From positions 1 through 28,181 of the forward strand of contig CAYIMB010000016.1 of NCBI GenBank assembly GCA_964364425.1: 28,181 nt of DNA, written 5' to 3'. Below, one piece after another: positions 1 through 8,823 of the stretch (its first letter is position 1; each line of letters begins with the position of its first letter). The notes below the pieces were generated by a model, which had not been told where the DNA came from, searched no databases, and saw only the letters and a list, made by a program, of their open reading frames with translations. The DNA comes from an uncultured Gammaproteobacteria bacterium. Its GTDB lineage: Bacteria; Patescibacteriota; Patescibacteriia; UBA9570; JBBTWU01. The position numbers and the translations under genes were made by a program.

Positions 1-205
1 ATCTCAAATGCTAGCTCTCCCTGGGAACGGTGTCTAAAAAATGGGGTCCTTGCCACAAGTCAGGCTCAAGAAAGGATTTTTTGCAAAAAAAAATTGATGT
101 ATTATTCACCAAATTTGAACCCTGATCAATGTTCACCAGTAATGATACACATTGGACAGGGTGGGACGTGGGGCCAGAGGCTTCACATCCCAACCCAAAG
201 GTACG

Positions 206-685
206 CTACCAGTGGCGCCGGAAGAACCAGGCCCAGCCCAGCATGGTCAGCAGGGCCCAGGCCGTGGCCACCAGAGAACCCGGCACAGGATCCAGCAACC
301 GGCCCGCCACCACGACCAGCGGAAGCAGGAACAGCTGACCCATGGTCACCACGCTCTCCATTTCCCAGACCTGGCAGTCCATGATCCGGTCCATCCAGAA
401 GACGAACCGACGGGACGTACGCAGAGGGTATGTGGCAAGAAACAATCCAAAGCTGCTGGTCACCACCAAGCCGACCAGGCTCAACACCGCCCACACCGTC
501 AGGCTGGCCAAGAAGATCGACAAGGACCACTCCTTGGATTCGCGCAGGATGAACACCAGTAGGAGTCCCGTCAGTCCTCCCCAGGCCCAGATGAAGAGGT
601 TGAACAAGACCCATCCCAGGAGGCTGACCCTTACGTCAGCTACCCGGATGATCTGGTGAATCGGCCCAAACACATGGTCAAACAT
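206..685 (-). CDS. hypothetical multi-pass membrane protein (GC-rich ORF, ~4 predicted TM segments)
   Basis: 159-aa ORF whose hydrophobic segments look like real helices (LLGWVLFNLFIWAWGGLTGLLLVF, LVVVAGRLL...). The opposite-strand ORFs are low-complexity R/H/G/P nonsense. The ORF lies in a ~65% GC patch at 150-690 against a ~49% GC background. No family recognised. Confidence 0.35.
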   Translation of the reverse strand: MFDHVFGPIHQIIRVADVRVSLLGWVLFNLFIWAWGGLTGLLLVFILRESKEWSLSIFLASLTVWAVLSLVGLVVTSSFGLFLATYPLRTSRRFVFWMDRIMDCQVWEMESVVTMGQLFLLPLVVVAGRLLDPVPGSLVATAWALLTMLGWAWFFRRHW

Positions 686-778
686 GACTCTCTCCTTAGG
701 GGTTGCCCCCCGGTTTCAAGGTGCTTCCATCCTGGACCAACTGGTTGCTTTGTCAAGGTGAGATGCTAGACTCAACCT

Positions 779-1219
779 ATGTCTACATTGGCCGAAAACA
801 AACAAGCCCGCCGCAGCTTCAAATTCTTAGACGAGTTTGAAGCTGGGATTGTATTAACTGGACCAGAAGTCAAATCGGCTAAACGGGGTTCAGTCAACTT
901 CCAGGGAGCTTACGTTTCCGCAGAAAACGGTGAATTATGGCTGAAAAACTTTCATATTTCTCCCTACGCCCCAGCAGCTTTCCGCAACCTGCCTCCCACC
1001 CGCCCACGGAAGTTACTGCTCAAAAAATCAGAAATCACCAGTTTACTGGGAAAAATGAAGACTCAGGGCTTGACATTGATCCCAAAAAATCTGTATACTC
1101 GCGGCGGACTTGTAAAAGTCCGGATTGCGTTAGCTCAAGGCCTAAAAACCAAGGACAAGCGTGCATTGATTAAAAAACGTGACGTGGACAAGCGCATTCG
1201 GAGTGCTTTACGCCGTTGA
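779..1219 (+). CDS. smpB: SsrA-binding protein SmpB
   Basis: 146-aa product with SmpB-like sequence throughout (GIVLTGPEVKS, NFHISPYAP, KLLLKKSEI..., basic C-tail). It is followed by a tmRNA gene. Confidence 0.9.
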   Translation: MSTLAENKQARRSFKFLDEFEAGIVLTGPEVKSAKRGSVNFQGAYVSAENGELWLKNFHISPYAPAAFRNLPPTRPRKLLLKKSEITSLLGKMKTQGLTLIPKNLYTRGGLVKVRIALAQGLKTKDKRALIKKRDVDKRIRSALRR

Positions 1220-1226
1220 AAATCGA
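1218..1226 (-). repeat. copy of over-represented 9-mer TCGATTTTC (revcomp on + strand: GAAAATCGA)
   Basis: Exact match. It overlaps the smpB stop codon. Confidence 0.6.
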
Positions 1227-1257
1227 ATTGCAACGCGTGATGCTAGCGCATCATTAA

Positions 1258-1650
1258 GGGGATGCTCAAAATTGATAGAACATTGATAGTTCTCGGTGCA
1301 AGCCGGTGGTCAACCTCACGTTACGAGGTTGAAAGAATACTTGCCAACGTATTCGAACAACTGAAAGCAAAAGTGGCCGGTTCATTCCGTGCCAACTTGG
1401 CTTTCAGCCCTGTAGCTTAAACCCTACAGCATCCTAACCGTTGACGCCTTCTAGGCGGATCTAGGGTGATATATAAGAAGGCTCGTTGTTTGCGCGCCGT
1501 GCGTAAAACAACTAGATTGGACACGGCTGACATGTGTTGTAGAGTGCCAGTTCATTTCTGCAGCGCATGGACACTTGAAAACTGGCTACGCTTGTAGTGC
1601 CGGAATGTGATATGCTCTAGACAGGGGTGTGATACCCCTCATCTCCACCA
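1258..1650 (+). ncRNA. ssrA: tmRNA (ssrA), one-piece, CCA encoded
   Basis: The 5' GGGGATG pairs with CATCTCC just before the 3' ACCA. The 3' end AGACAGGGGTGTGATACCCCTCATCTCCACCA matches E. coli GGACGCGGGTTCAACTCCCGCCAGCTCCACCA arm for arm. A PK1-like stretch GGTGCAAGCCGGTGGTCAACCTCACGTTACGAGG resembles E. coli GGUGCAUGCCGAGGGGCGGUUGGCCUCG. The tag frame GCC AAC TTG GCT TTC AGC CCT GTA GCT TAA (ANLAFSPVA*) has its stop in the loop of a CTGTAG/CTACAG helix, like helix 5. The gene sits directly after smpB. Confidence 0.65.
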
Positions 1651-1657
1651 TTATTTC

Positions 1658-2191
1658 ATCCTTAACTCCACCACTATCTCAGTTGATTACAGAAAGAATC
1701 AATCCATCCGCGTACCCAGTGTGCGCGTGATTGATGAAGCCGGTGTCATGTTGGGCGTTATGCCTACCAGCGAGGCGACTAGCCTCGCCCAAGAACGAGG
1801 TTTTGACCTGGTTGAGGTCAACCCACAAGCTGATCCACCAGTCTGCAAATTTGTAGACTATGGAAAACTCTTGTACGAACAAGAGAAGCAAATGCGCAAA
1901 GCCAAGTCTAAACAGAAAAAGACTGAACTCAAAGGCTTGAGGCTGACCGCACGGATTGGTGAAGGCGATTTGAACATCAGGGTTGCTCAAGCTCAGAAGT
2001 GGCTGGATGAGGGACATAAGGTGCAACTTCAACTGCAACTCCGCGGACGGGAAAAGGCCCATCCGGAGCAAGCCCAAAAAGTGATTGACGCCGTATTAAA
2101 TAAGTTAGACCGGCCTTGGGTATTTGAAGCCAAGACCAATCAGCAAGGCGGCAGGTTCAACGCTATAATCAGTATGAAAAAAACTACCTAA
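1658..2191 (+). CDS. infC: translation initiation factor IF-3; start codon non-canonical and uncertain (AUC at 1658 or 1676)
   Basis: Homology to IF3 is clear from ...YRKNQSIRVPSVRVIDEAGVMLGV...DLVEVNPQADPPVCKFVDYGKLLYEQEK.... There is no in-frame ATG/GTG/TTG between the tmRNA 3' end at 1650 and the conserved N-terminus. The GTG at 1607 used by the ORF track lies inside the tmRNA. The operon infC-rpmI-rplT follows. Confidence 0.85.
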   Translation: MLNSTTISVDYRKNQSIRVPSVRVIDEAGVMLGVMPTSEATSLAQERGFDLVEVNPQADPPVCKFVDYGKLLYEQEKQMRKAKSKQKKTELKGLRLTARIGEGDLNIRVAQAQKWLDEGHKVQLQLQLRGREKAHPEQAQKVIDAVLNKLDRPWVFEAKTNQQGGRFNAIISMKKTT

Positions 2192-2192
2192 T

Positions 2193-2387
2193 ATGCCAAA
2201 GCAACGAACAGTCAAAGTCATCAGCAAGCGCGTGCGACTGACCAAGACCGGAAAAATTAAACACAAACGCGCCGGTCAAGGTCACTTTAATGCTCGTGAG
2301 TCCGGCAACACCACCCGTATGAAGCGTCGCTTGGGCACCATGTCCAAAGCCAATGAACGCAACATCCGCCGGGCAATTGGAATGTAA
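2193..2387 (+). CDS. rpmI: 50S ribosomal protein L35
   Basis: 64-aa basic protein MPKQRTVKVISKRVRLTKTGKIKHKRAGQGHF..., starting 1 nt after the infC stop. Confidence 0.9.
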   Translation: MPKQRTVKVISKRVRLTKTGKIKHKRAGQGHFNARESGNTTRMKRRLGTMSKANERNIRRAIGM

Positions 2388-2407
2388 ATATTAAATCGAT
2401 TTGTAGT

Positions 2408-2743
2408 ATGCCACGAGTCAAACGAGGAAAAACACATTTGAAACGTCGCCAGCGCTTGTTGAAAACCACCCGCGGTTTCCGCGCCGGTCAAAAGAACTTA
2501 CTGAAGTTGGCTAAAGCCGCTTCTAAAAAAGCTGGCCAAAAAGCCTACGACCACCGTCGCTTGAAGAAGCGCGACATGCGAGCCACTCACCAGATGAAAA
2601 TTAATGCTGCTGCTCGCTTGAACGGAACAACCTACTCCAAGTTCATGCACCACCTGAAAAAGAAAGGCATCATCTTAGACCGCAAAGTCCTGGCTGACTT
2701 AGCTCAAAACTATCCAGAAGTGTTTGCGGCTTTGACCAAATAA
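2408..2743 (+). CDS. rplT: 50S ribosomal protein L20
   Basis: 111-aa product MPRVKRGKTHLKRRQRLLKTTRGFRAGQKNLLKLAK... with the canonical L20 N-terminus. It is the third gene of the infC-rpmI-rplT operon. Confidence 0.92.
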   Translation: MPRVKRGKTHLKRRQRLLKTTRGFRAGQKNLLKLAKAASKKAGQKAYDHRRLKKRDMRATHQMKINAAARLNGTTYSKFMHHLKKKGIILDRKVLADLAQNYPEVFAALTK

Positions 2744-2749
2744 ATCTGA

Positions 2750-5700
2750 CTAGCTAGAAGGCTTGGCAGGTGGCGCTAGCTCCAGTACCTTATGCGCTTT
2801 GGCGTTTGCTGCTTGCAGATGATCGAGTTCTGTATTCACACTCTCTAGCATTTTTACTCTGTCATCCTCTGTGCCCACTTTCTTTCCACTTAATAGCTGG
2901 TTGAACTGATCAATGGTGTACTTCAGCGCTAAAGCTTCTGCATTGCGGTAAGATTTTTCAGCTTGCTTCAATTCTGTGAACATGGCGTAAACAGACGACG
3001 GAGCAGGCATCACATCTCTAAGCCTCTCTTGCAACGTCTTGTTTACCACCAAAGCATCACCTGAAACCTTGGCTATTCGTTCTATCCTGCGGGTCATGTC
3101 GCCAAACGGGTCTCCCACAAAAACAGACATCAGAGCGTTAAATGGCCCGGCCCGTTTTTTTACTTCGGCCTTAGCTAATTCAATCAGGTCTCTATCCCGA
3201 ATTAAATCGATCAACTCGGTGAAAGAACCCGGGGGTTCTAGATTGCCCACTTTTGGAGGGTAACTGGCTTCAATAACCAATCCGCGCCCAACCGGCGGGG
3301 CGGGCAGAATCACAGGCTCACCAGGTGGCCGAGGCGTAGGTGGTGTGGTTGGCTCACCACTGAGCAAGGTTTTTTTCAGGTTATTCCACTGATCTAACCT
3401 CAAACCATAAGGGCGGACTTGTTGTTTCTTGGCTTTTGCTTCCGCCTCTTCACGTAGTATGATAAAGCTGACTATTTTCTTTTCAGTATTGAGGCCGGTA
3501 ATTCTGAACTGATCATTTATTTTGAATGGGGGTCGGTCAGAACCGGTGTAGGCATAGATTTGTCCCGCCTTAATTTCGCTGAGCAACCTAACTTCCGCTG
3601 TCTCAACCGGAACACCACCTACCTTGGCCTCCGGCCTAGGGCCACTCACCAGTGTTTTGGGTAAGCCTCGCCAAACCTCCCTGGACGCCATAAATGGTTG
3701 AGCTGAGCTTTTTGCTCTGCCAGCTGCAGCTTCGTCTTTAGCTGTGACCACAGTAACTAATCCTTTTTCATGGTCAACCCTGACTACTCTAAAATTTCCT
3801 CCCGGGTTGAGCTGATTTTTACGGGAAGGAACACCATCATACCTCCAAATTTGTCCAACCATCACCTCTGGGGATAACGGATATTCTACTAAACGATCTG
3901 TTGGTCTGATTCGTTCCAAGCTTGGTTGTCCGCTTGGTTCAGCCTCAAGTGGACCTGCCCCTTGCAGAACCTTTACTTTTTTCCCGGTCACCAAGCCGGC
4001 AAAGGCTTCTAAAGGGACTCTAACCACCCCAACATCTACACCCTCCACATCCAGAAGAACTTCCCCACTGACCAAGACAACCCCCTCTACCCGAACCTTA
4101 GTTGGGATGGGCTGTTTAGGGTGTTTGATAATCCATTCTTCCAGGTGTGAACGCAACAAACTGCTGACCGCTTCCTCACCCAACTCAACCAGGTGGTTGG
4201 TTTGAATTCCGGCCCGTTCAACGGTGTTAGCCAAACCCTCCATCTCCTGCGCCATCCGGTACAACTGTTCTATAGACATCACTCCGATTGTTCCGTCTGG
4301 AAGGTTCAATTCAACCTCCTCCTGCGCAACTGAAATGCTTTGAATTCGCAAGGGTTCAGATACCACGGTGAGTCCAAACATTTTTTCCAACGTACGCTTA
4401 GAACTTGCACTCAGGCCTAAAAATTCACCCACAGCAAAGAAGTTTTTATTGAGCCATGAATTCATTTCGCCGGCAGTTAATTTTTGGGCTTCTCCCTCTG
4501 GTGGGCGGACTGCATCTGGAGCAGAGGTTGGTGCCCTGACCTTCAGCGGCGCAGGCAAACCAAAATCTGGCATGGGGGGTGGCGGTGGCGCACTAGCCGG
4601 AGCGCCGCTGGCGAGGCGTTCTAATTCAGTAATTCTTCCGTCCAAAATAGGCACTAACCCGTCCGCCAGGAGTAAATCACTCACAAAATCTTGGTCCAAA
4701 TAACGTGTACCGTCTTCTTTTTTCCGTTTACCCCCAACACGTACCCAAGCGTCACCCACGGCATACACCTTTTCTAATTCTGCTTTACGCTGCCGTAAGG
4801 CCTCAACATCCTCAGCATAAAAAATATCAAGACCTTCTTGTGTCACTCTAAACTCAACGTTTGGTTGAACCAAGGGTCTAAATTCGTCAATGTCTTCACC
4901 TAAATCGGCTTTGCGTTGTGCCCGTTCTTGCGTCCGAGCCGCCTCTTCAGCGGTACGGCGGGCAAGTTCTTCAGCCCCTTCCTTAGCTAACACTTTTTTG
5001 GCACTTTCAATCTCCGCGCTAACTCGCTGAATTTCTTTAGACACTTTTTCTTTCTCTAGACCCAAAACTTTATATCTGCCTTCCTCTGCCAGATCACTTT
5101 CAAACTTCTCCGGATTGGCTAATATCTTTCTCCTTTCTTCAGCCATCAGACGCTCTAACTTACGCAACACATCCAAACGTTCAGACAAGCCCTTGGCCGC
5201 CAACTCAGGACTATCAAGCTGGATGAATAACTGCTCCATCAAAGCCACCCCTTCAGGTGAGACTAAACCTTTTAGACTGTCCCACAGTTCTTTACCCTTG
5301 CCCGCAGGCTCCGCCTTGGCAGTGGCCGGAGTGACTCCTTTTTTTGGTTCAAACCCTTCAAAATAACACAACAGCTGGAACTTGTGTCTGGCCTGAGCAT
5401 GTTCTGTATACACCAATTTCACCTCGCCCTTGTCATTTGCCTTGAGCTGATCAGGCGTCCAACCTTTGGGAACTTGAACATACGCATCAAACTTAAATTC
5501 AGGGTCGACCAGATTAGGCAACACCACATACTCACCATCCTTTTTTACCTCCTTCACCGCATCAACTGACAACATAAAATGGTTTTTTCCCTTGCTTATC
5601 CGTTCATCTACCCTCTTCCCCCAGGCCTTAATTTGGTCTTCACTCTCAGCATACTCAGGGGACAGCACCTCCACAATCAAATTTTTGGTTCTAGGATTTT

Positions 5701-6247
5701 CTTTTATTTCCTGAACAGCAAACTCATACTTCTCTACACCTTCTTCAGGCTCCCAGTCCCGAGGAAAATTCTTCACTTCAATGCGTACAGGAAGAAAATG
5801 ATGCTGAGAGTCTATATCCTCAAACGCTAAAAATCTGCGGCCACCTTCCTCTATCACCGGCAAAGTCACTTTTTTTCCTGGTGGATACTTCTCACTCCAA
5901 TGTTTTGCCGATTCAACTACCGCCCGTTGCCACTCTTGCTCAGCCTGCTGTTTCACCGGCTCTGACCCCACAATCTTCCCCTTGACTCTCTTTCCGTCTC
6001 TTGAAACAAAGGTGATCTCTAGATCAACAATATTTTGCAATGGATTAAATTTTGGTGGCACACCCTCAACCTCAACCATTGGTGGAGTAGTCCGCCCGCC
6101 TCCCACCATAAAAGCAACCGTCTCCCAAGGGCTTCTGCTCCCTGGTTTGAGTTGCATGGGATAGACTTGCTTAAACTCAAAGTCGATTTTCACTGGACCC
6201 TTGTCCGGTGGTGGTGGTTGCTGTCCTTGTTGTTGTCTTTTTGGCAT
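2750..6247 (-). CDS. giant hypothetical protein (1165 aa). Has Pro-rich linkers, a central coiled coil, and an internal SH3-like repeat pair. No signal peptide and no recognisable catalytic motif.
   Basis: A single uninterrupted 3.5-kb ORF. The poly-Pro spacers are PPPPDKGP, APPPPPMPDFGLPAPL and TTPPTPRPPGEPVILPAPPVG. The coiled coil is AEELARRTAEEAARTQERAQRKADL. The repeated module is GQIWRYDG...NFRVVRVDHEKGLVTVV versus GQIYAYTG...QFRITGLNTEKKIVSFII. I found no P-loop, HExxH or other catalytic signature. It is translationally coupled to the PP2C-fusion gene upstream (3-bp gap). Confidence 0.6.
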   Translation of the reverse strand: MPKRQQQGQQPPPPDKGPVKIDFEFKQVYPMQLKPGSRSPWETVAFMVGGGRTTPPMVEVEGVPPKFNPLQNIVDLEITFVSRDGKRVKGKIVGSEPVKQQAEQEWQRAVVESAKHWSEKYPPGKKVTLPVIEEGGRRFLAFEDIDSQHHFLPVRIEVKNFPRDWEPEEGVEKYEFAVQEIKENPRTKNLIVEVLSPEYAESEDQIKAWGKRVDERISKGKNHFMLSVDAVKEVKKDGEYVVLPNLVDPEFKFDAYVQVPKGWTPDQLKANDKGEVKLVYTEHAQARHKFQLLCYFEGFEPKKGVTPATAKAEPAGKGKELWDSLKGLVSPEGVALMEQLFIQLDSPELAAKGLSERLDVLRKLERLMAEERRKILANPEKFESDLAEEGRYKVLGLEKEKVSKEIQRVSAEIESAKKVLAKEGAEELARRTAEEAARTQERAQRKADLGEDIDEFRPLVQPNVEFRVTQEGLDIFYAEDVEALRQRKAELEKVYAVGDAWVRVGGKRKKEDGTRYLDQDFVSDLLLADGLVPILDGRITELERLASGAPASAPPPPPMPDFGLPAPLKVRAPTSAPDAVRPPEGEAQKLTAGEMNSWLNKNFFAVGEFLGLSASSKRTLEKMFGLTVVSEPLRIQSISVAQEEVELNLPDGTIGVMSIEQLYRMAQEMEGLANTVERAGIQTNHLVELGEEAVSSLLRSHLEEWIIKHPKQPIPTKVRVEGVVLVSGEVLLDVEGVDVGVVRVPLEAFAGLVTGKKVKVLQGAGPLEAEPSGQPSLERIRPTDRLVEYPLSPEVMVGQIWRYDGVPSRKNQLNPGGNFRVVRVDHEKGLVTVVTAKDEAAAGRAKSSAQPFMASREVWRGLPKTLVSGPRPEAKVGGVPVETAEVRLLSEIKAGQIYAYTGSDRPPFKINDQFRITGLNTEKKIVSFIILREEAEAKAKKQQVRPYGLRLDQWNNLKKTLLSGEPTTPPTPRPPGEPVILPAPPVGRGLVIEASYPPKVGNLEPPGSFTELIDLIRDRDLIELAKAEVKKRAGPFNALMSVFVGDPFGDMTRRIERIAKVSGDALVVNKTLQERLRDVMPAPSSVYAMFTELKQAEKSYRNAEALALKYTIDQFNQLLSGKKVGTEDDRVKMLESVNTELDHLQAANAKAHKVLELAPPAKPSS
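6183..6191 (+). repeat. copy of over-represented 9-mer TCGATTTTC
   Basis: Exact match, context aagTCGATTTTCact, inside the 1165-aa gene. Confidence 0.6.
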
Positions 6248-6250
6248 AGG

Positions 6251-8644
6251 TTATTTCTTTGGTTGGGTCAAATCTTGAATCCGCTCCTGCAAATTTTCTA
6301 TACTATCCACCCAGAGCATAAAGTCTCCCACTTCTTCCATTGATTCTGGTTCAAACCTCTCCGGATATTTGGCCAGAGCTGCTTGCAGTTCCCTATAGAC
6401 TGGCTCAAATACTGTACCCCTAAACCGGCCCTGATCCAATTTTAACGCGTAGTTACCTGCTTTAAACCATATCCGTACAGACCAGATAGACTGTTCTGCT
6501 GCGTCTAACAGTGCATCAACCTCCTCAAGTTTATGGGATACGTGTAAATCGACCTGTTCTGTTTCTAACTTGCGCAGCCATTGCTGTGCGGGCAAAGCCA
6601 TTCGTTTCAGCGGCTTCCCGTCCCTACCTAAAGCAAGCATAACTACTATATTTGGAGTGTCAGGGTCGTTTGGTGGAAAGACTTCAGTCACCTGCATCTT
6701 CTGCGTACCCCGGTCGTCAACCAATTCAAATACTCTCCCCTTCAAGGATTCAAAATCAGCCTCCAACCAAGCTAATATGTAACTTTGCTCAACCTGCTGA
6801 GACTGGCCCTCCTGTTGAGCTTCCAAGTTTTCAAAAGCATTCTGCCAATCTTTATTTTGCACCATAGTAGCGTAGCTCGCTTTTAGCTCTGGCCAGGCTT
6901 GGTCAAACTGATCCATAGCCTCAAGCAAGTAGTTCTTACGCACCGGTATTTTTTCCGCCCAGGGCCTGTCTAGCTTCACCCGTCCTTCTAACGCGGCTAA
7001 ATTATCCTCTAAGCTCCAAATCTCCCACAACAGGGCATCAGCAGCTTGTTCATTCTTTTGCATGTAACGCAAATCATGCTCCTGCAATCTTTTGCTTCTC
7101 AGTTCTGCACTTACAGAAGTGTGTTCAACTGAAGGCAACGGTGACAGCTCCGCCCTGGGAGGTGCCGGTTGCCAAGTTGGTAGTGGCGGCAACGGCGGTG
7201 GGACAACTCTTACTGGTTCAGAGGCCCAAGTAGGGTCTGGCGGCAACGGCGCCGGCCCAGGTTCTTCCTCTTCAACTTCAACCAGGACGGGAAGCTTAGC
7301 CCTCCCCCGGCGCGCTTCATCCACCGGGGTCTTTTCTTCTGCGTACCCTGGCCCGATTGGTTCTAAATGTGGGGCGGAGCGACTGGTCGGAGTAAAAGAT
7401 GTCACTTCAGTCCGGTCTGCATCTAGATGTCTAGGCAAAACGGGAACAGCCTGCCGCCTGACCAGTATGGTCTTGTGGTCTGCCCCACCGGCCCCCCTGC
7501 CGCCCGGTTGAAACAATTTCAATATATTATTTCTAGTTTCCTCTGCATTCCGGCCCACCAAATGGCCAAGCTCAGACAACGGATCAAGCAGTTTAGAAAA
7601 CGCACGCATGCTGTCATACGCTGGATCAAACACCCACCGATCTGTTTTTTTATCTTTCTTGGTTGGAATCACCCGCAAGCCCAAAGGCGCTAGTATGCCG
7701 TCTGTGACAGAGATGACGGTGTCATCCGGTTGCAATTCGAACTCCTCTACGGATACATCTGCATCATCATAGCCTAACACCTTGACTGGATCAACCCAGA
7801 TAATTCGTTTTATTCTTTCTAAATCAGTACGCGCCAGATAGTTTAATTCAGACCGAATTTTTTCTATTGGCGTGGTGGCTAAATACTCACTCAGCTTGGC
7901 CTTCAGGTCTTTTGGTGGGACGTTATAGATATCAACAAAGCGTTGTAGCCGGCTGGTTGGCTTAGAACAAAACACTACCTTCTCATTTCTGATCACCAAG
8001 TTCATGGCATCACCCAACACAAATGAATATAACTTGTTTCCCTCAATCAATGTTCCGGCTACAACTGATCCGCCTTCTGCATCTGGACCAAGAGCTTCCC
8101 TCACCGCGGCATGGGCTTTATGTCCAATCAACTTAAGTCGATTTTCAGGGGTATTTTTTACGCTGCGAGTGCGTAATTCCCCCTGCAACATCCCCGCCTG
8201 TTCAGGTGTAGTCCACTGGCGTATAGCCCTCAAGAGAGCTTGTGTGGCAATTCTTCCCTTCCCTCCATGACTCACTCCATCAGCCACAACCCCTATATCT
8301 AACAAAGGATCCACAAACACACCATCTTCATTATTTTCCTTCTTTCCGTGATCTGTTGAGTAGGCCACTTCTACGGCAGGAAGAACTATCTGGTCAGCAT
8401 AGTCGGTAATAGCAGGATCATCCTGGTACACCGGCATTCTGCCTACAAAATCTTCATAGGCTCTCCGTTGTTCAGGATTCAGGGCTGCTAGTCGTTCTTT
8501 AAACACGCGTTGAGCTGCCGGCTCAGCTGGTTCTCCAACCAACCCCGTGCCTGGGCCCGCCTTTGGCGGCGCACCAAATAATTTGCCTAATCCAAGGCTA
8601 TCTAGTAGTCCTCTCCCTGGGGTTTTGCCGGTAACGTCTGCCAT
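6251..8644 (-). CDS. large PP2C-type Ser/Thr phosphatase-domain protein (797 aa) with Pro-rich linker and a C-terminal domain of unknown function
   Basis: PP2C motifs appear in order. They are HGKKENNEDG (G..R..NED-like), IGVVADGVSHGGKGRIATQAL (VADGMGGH-like), GGSVVAGTLI...FVLGDA (GTT...GDS-like), VISVTDGILAPLG (LCSDGL-like) and GGADHKT (GGEDN-like). The metal-ligand Asp residues are retained. These are followed by a PLPPDPT...PPPLPPLPTWQPAPP linker and about 330 aa of unassigned sequence. Confidence 0.55.
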   Translation of the reverse strand: MADVTGKTPGRGLLDSLGLGKLFGAPPKAGPGTGLVGEPAEPAAQRVFKERLAALNPEQRRAYEDFVGRMPVYQDDPAITDYADQIVLPAVEVAYSTDHGKKENNEDGVFVDPLLDIGVVADGVSHGGKGRIATQALLRAIRQWTTPEQAGMLQGELRTRSVKNTPENRLKLIGHKAHAAVREALGPDAEGGSVVAGTLIEGNKLYSFVLGDAMNLVIRNEKVVFCSKPTSRLQRFVDIYNVPPKDLKAKLSEYLATTPIEKIRSELNYLARTDLERIKRIIWVDPVKVLGYDDADVSVEEFELQPDDTVISVTDGILAPLGLRVIPTKKDKKTDRWVFDPAYDSMRAFSKLLDPLSELGHLVGRNAEETRNNILKLFQPGGRGAGGADHKTILVRRQAVPVLPRHLDADRTEVTSFTPTSRSAPHLEPIGPGYAEEKTPVDEARRGRAKLPVLVEVEEEEPGPAPLPPDPTWASEPVRVVPPPLPPLPTWQPAPPRAELSPLPSVEHTSVSAELRSKRLQEHDLRYMQKNEQAADALLWEIWSLEDNLAALEGRVKLDRPWAEKIPVRKNYLLEAMDQFDQAWPELKASYATMVQNKDWQNAFENLEAQQEGQSQQVEQSYILAWLEADFESLKGRVFELVDDRGTQKMQVTEVFPPNDPDTPNIVVMLALGRDGKPLKRMALPAQQWLRKLETEQVDLHVSHKLEEVDALLDAAEQSIWSVRIWFKAGNYALKLDQGRFRGTVFEPVYRELQAALAKYPERFEPESMEEVGDFMLWVDSIENLQERIQDLTQPKK
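8138..8146 (+). repeat. copy of over-represented 9-mer TCGATTTTC
   Basis: Exact match, context aagTCGATTTTCagg, inside the PP2C-fusion gene. Confidence 0.6.
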
Positions 8645-8823
8645 AGTGTAAATTTGGCTTTTATTTTACCATTTTCTCTGCGGAACCACAACGGATGGGA
8701 TGAATGTAAAAGCCGGAAAATATATCAGAAATACGGAACAAGTCAATGACTTGGGAAAATCCGATCTGCACGACTAGACAAACCCTTGAAAATCAGTAAA
8801 CTGTGCTGTATTCGCAAGGCCTT

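Noticed and set aside
686-778. sigma70-like promoter TTGCTT-16-TAGACT upstream of smpB
   Set aside because: It is a plausible match, but the -10 element lies only about 8 nt from the ATG. I cannot distinguish it from chance without transcript-start data, so it is not listed as a feature.
937-1173. alternative-frame ORFs inside smpB (937-1173), the giant ORF (3039-3263, 4368-4703, 5115-5366, among others) and the NHL gene
   Set aside because: They are short and lie in an alternate or antisense frame of well-supported genes. They have no start context or recognisable sequence features.
1607-1675. N-terminal extension of the infC ORF from the GTG at 1607
   Set aside because: It lies inside the tmRNA 3' domain, and the encoded residues (MICSRQGCDTPHLHHYF) have no IF3 counterpart.
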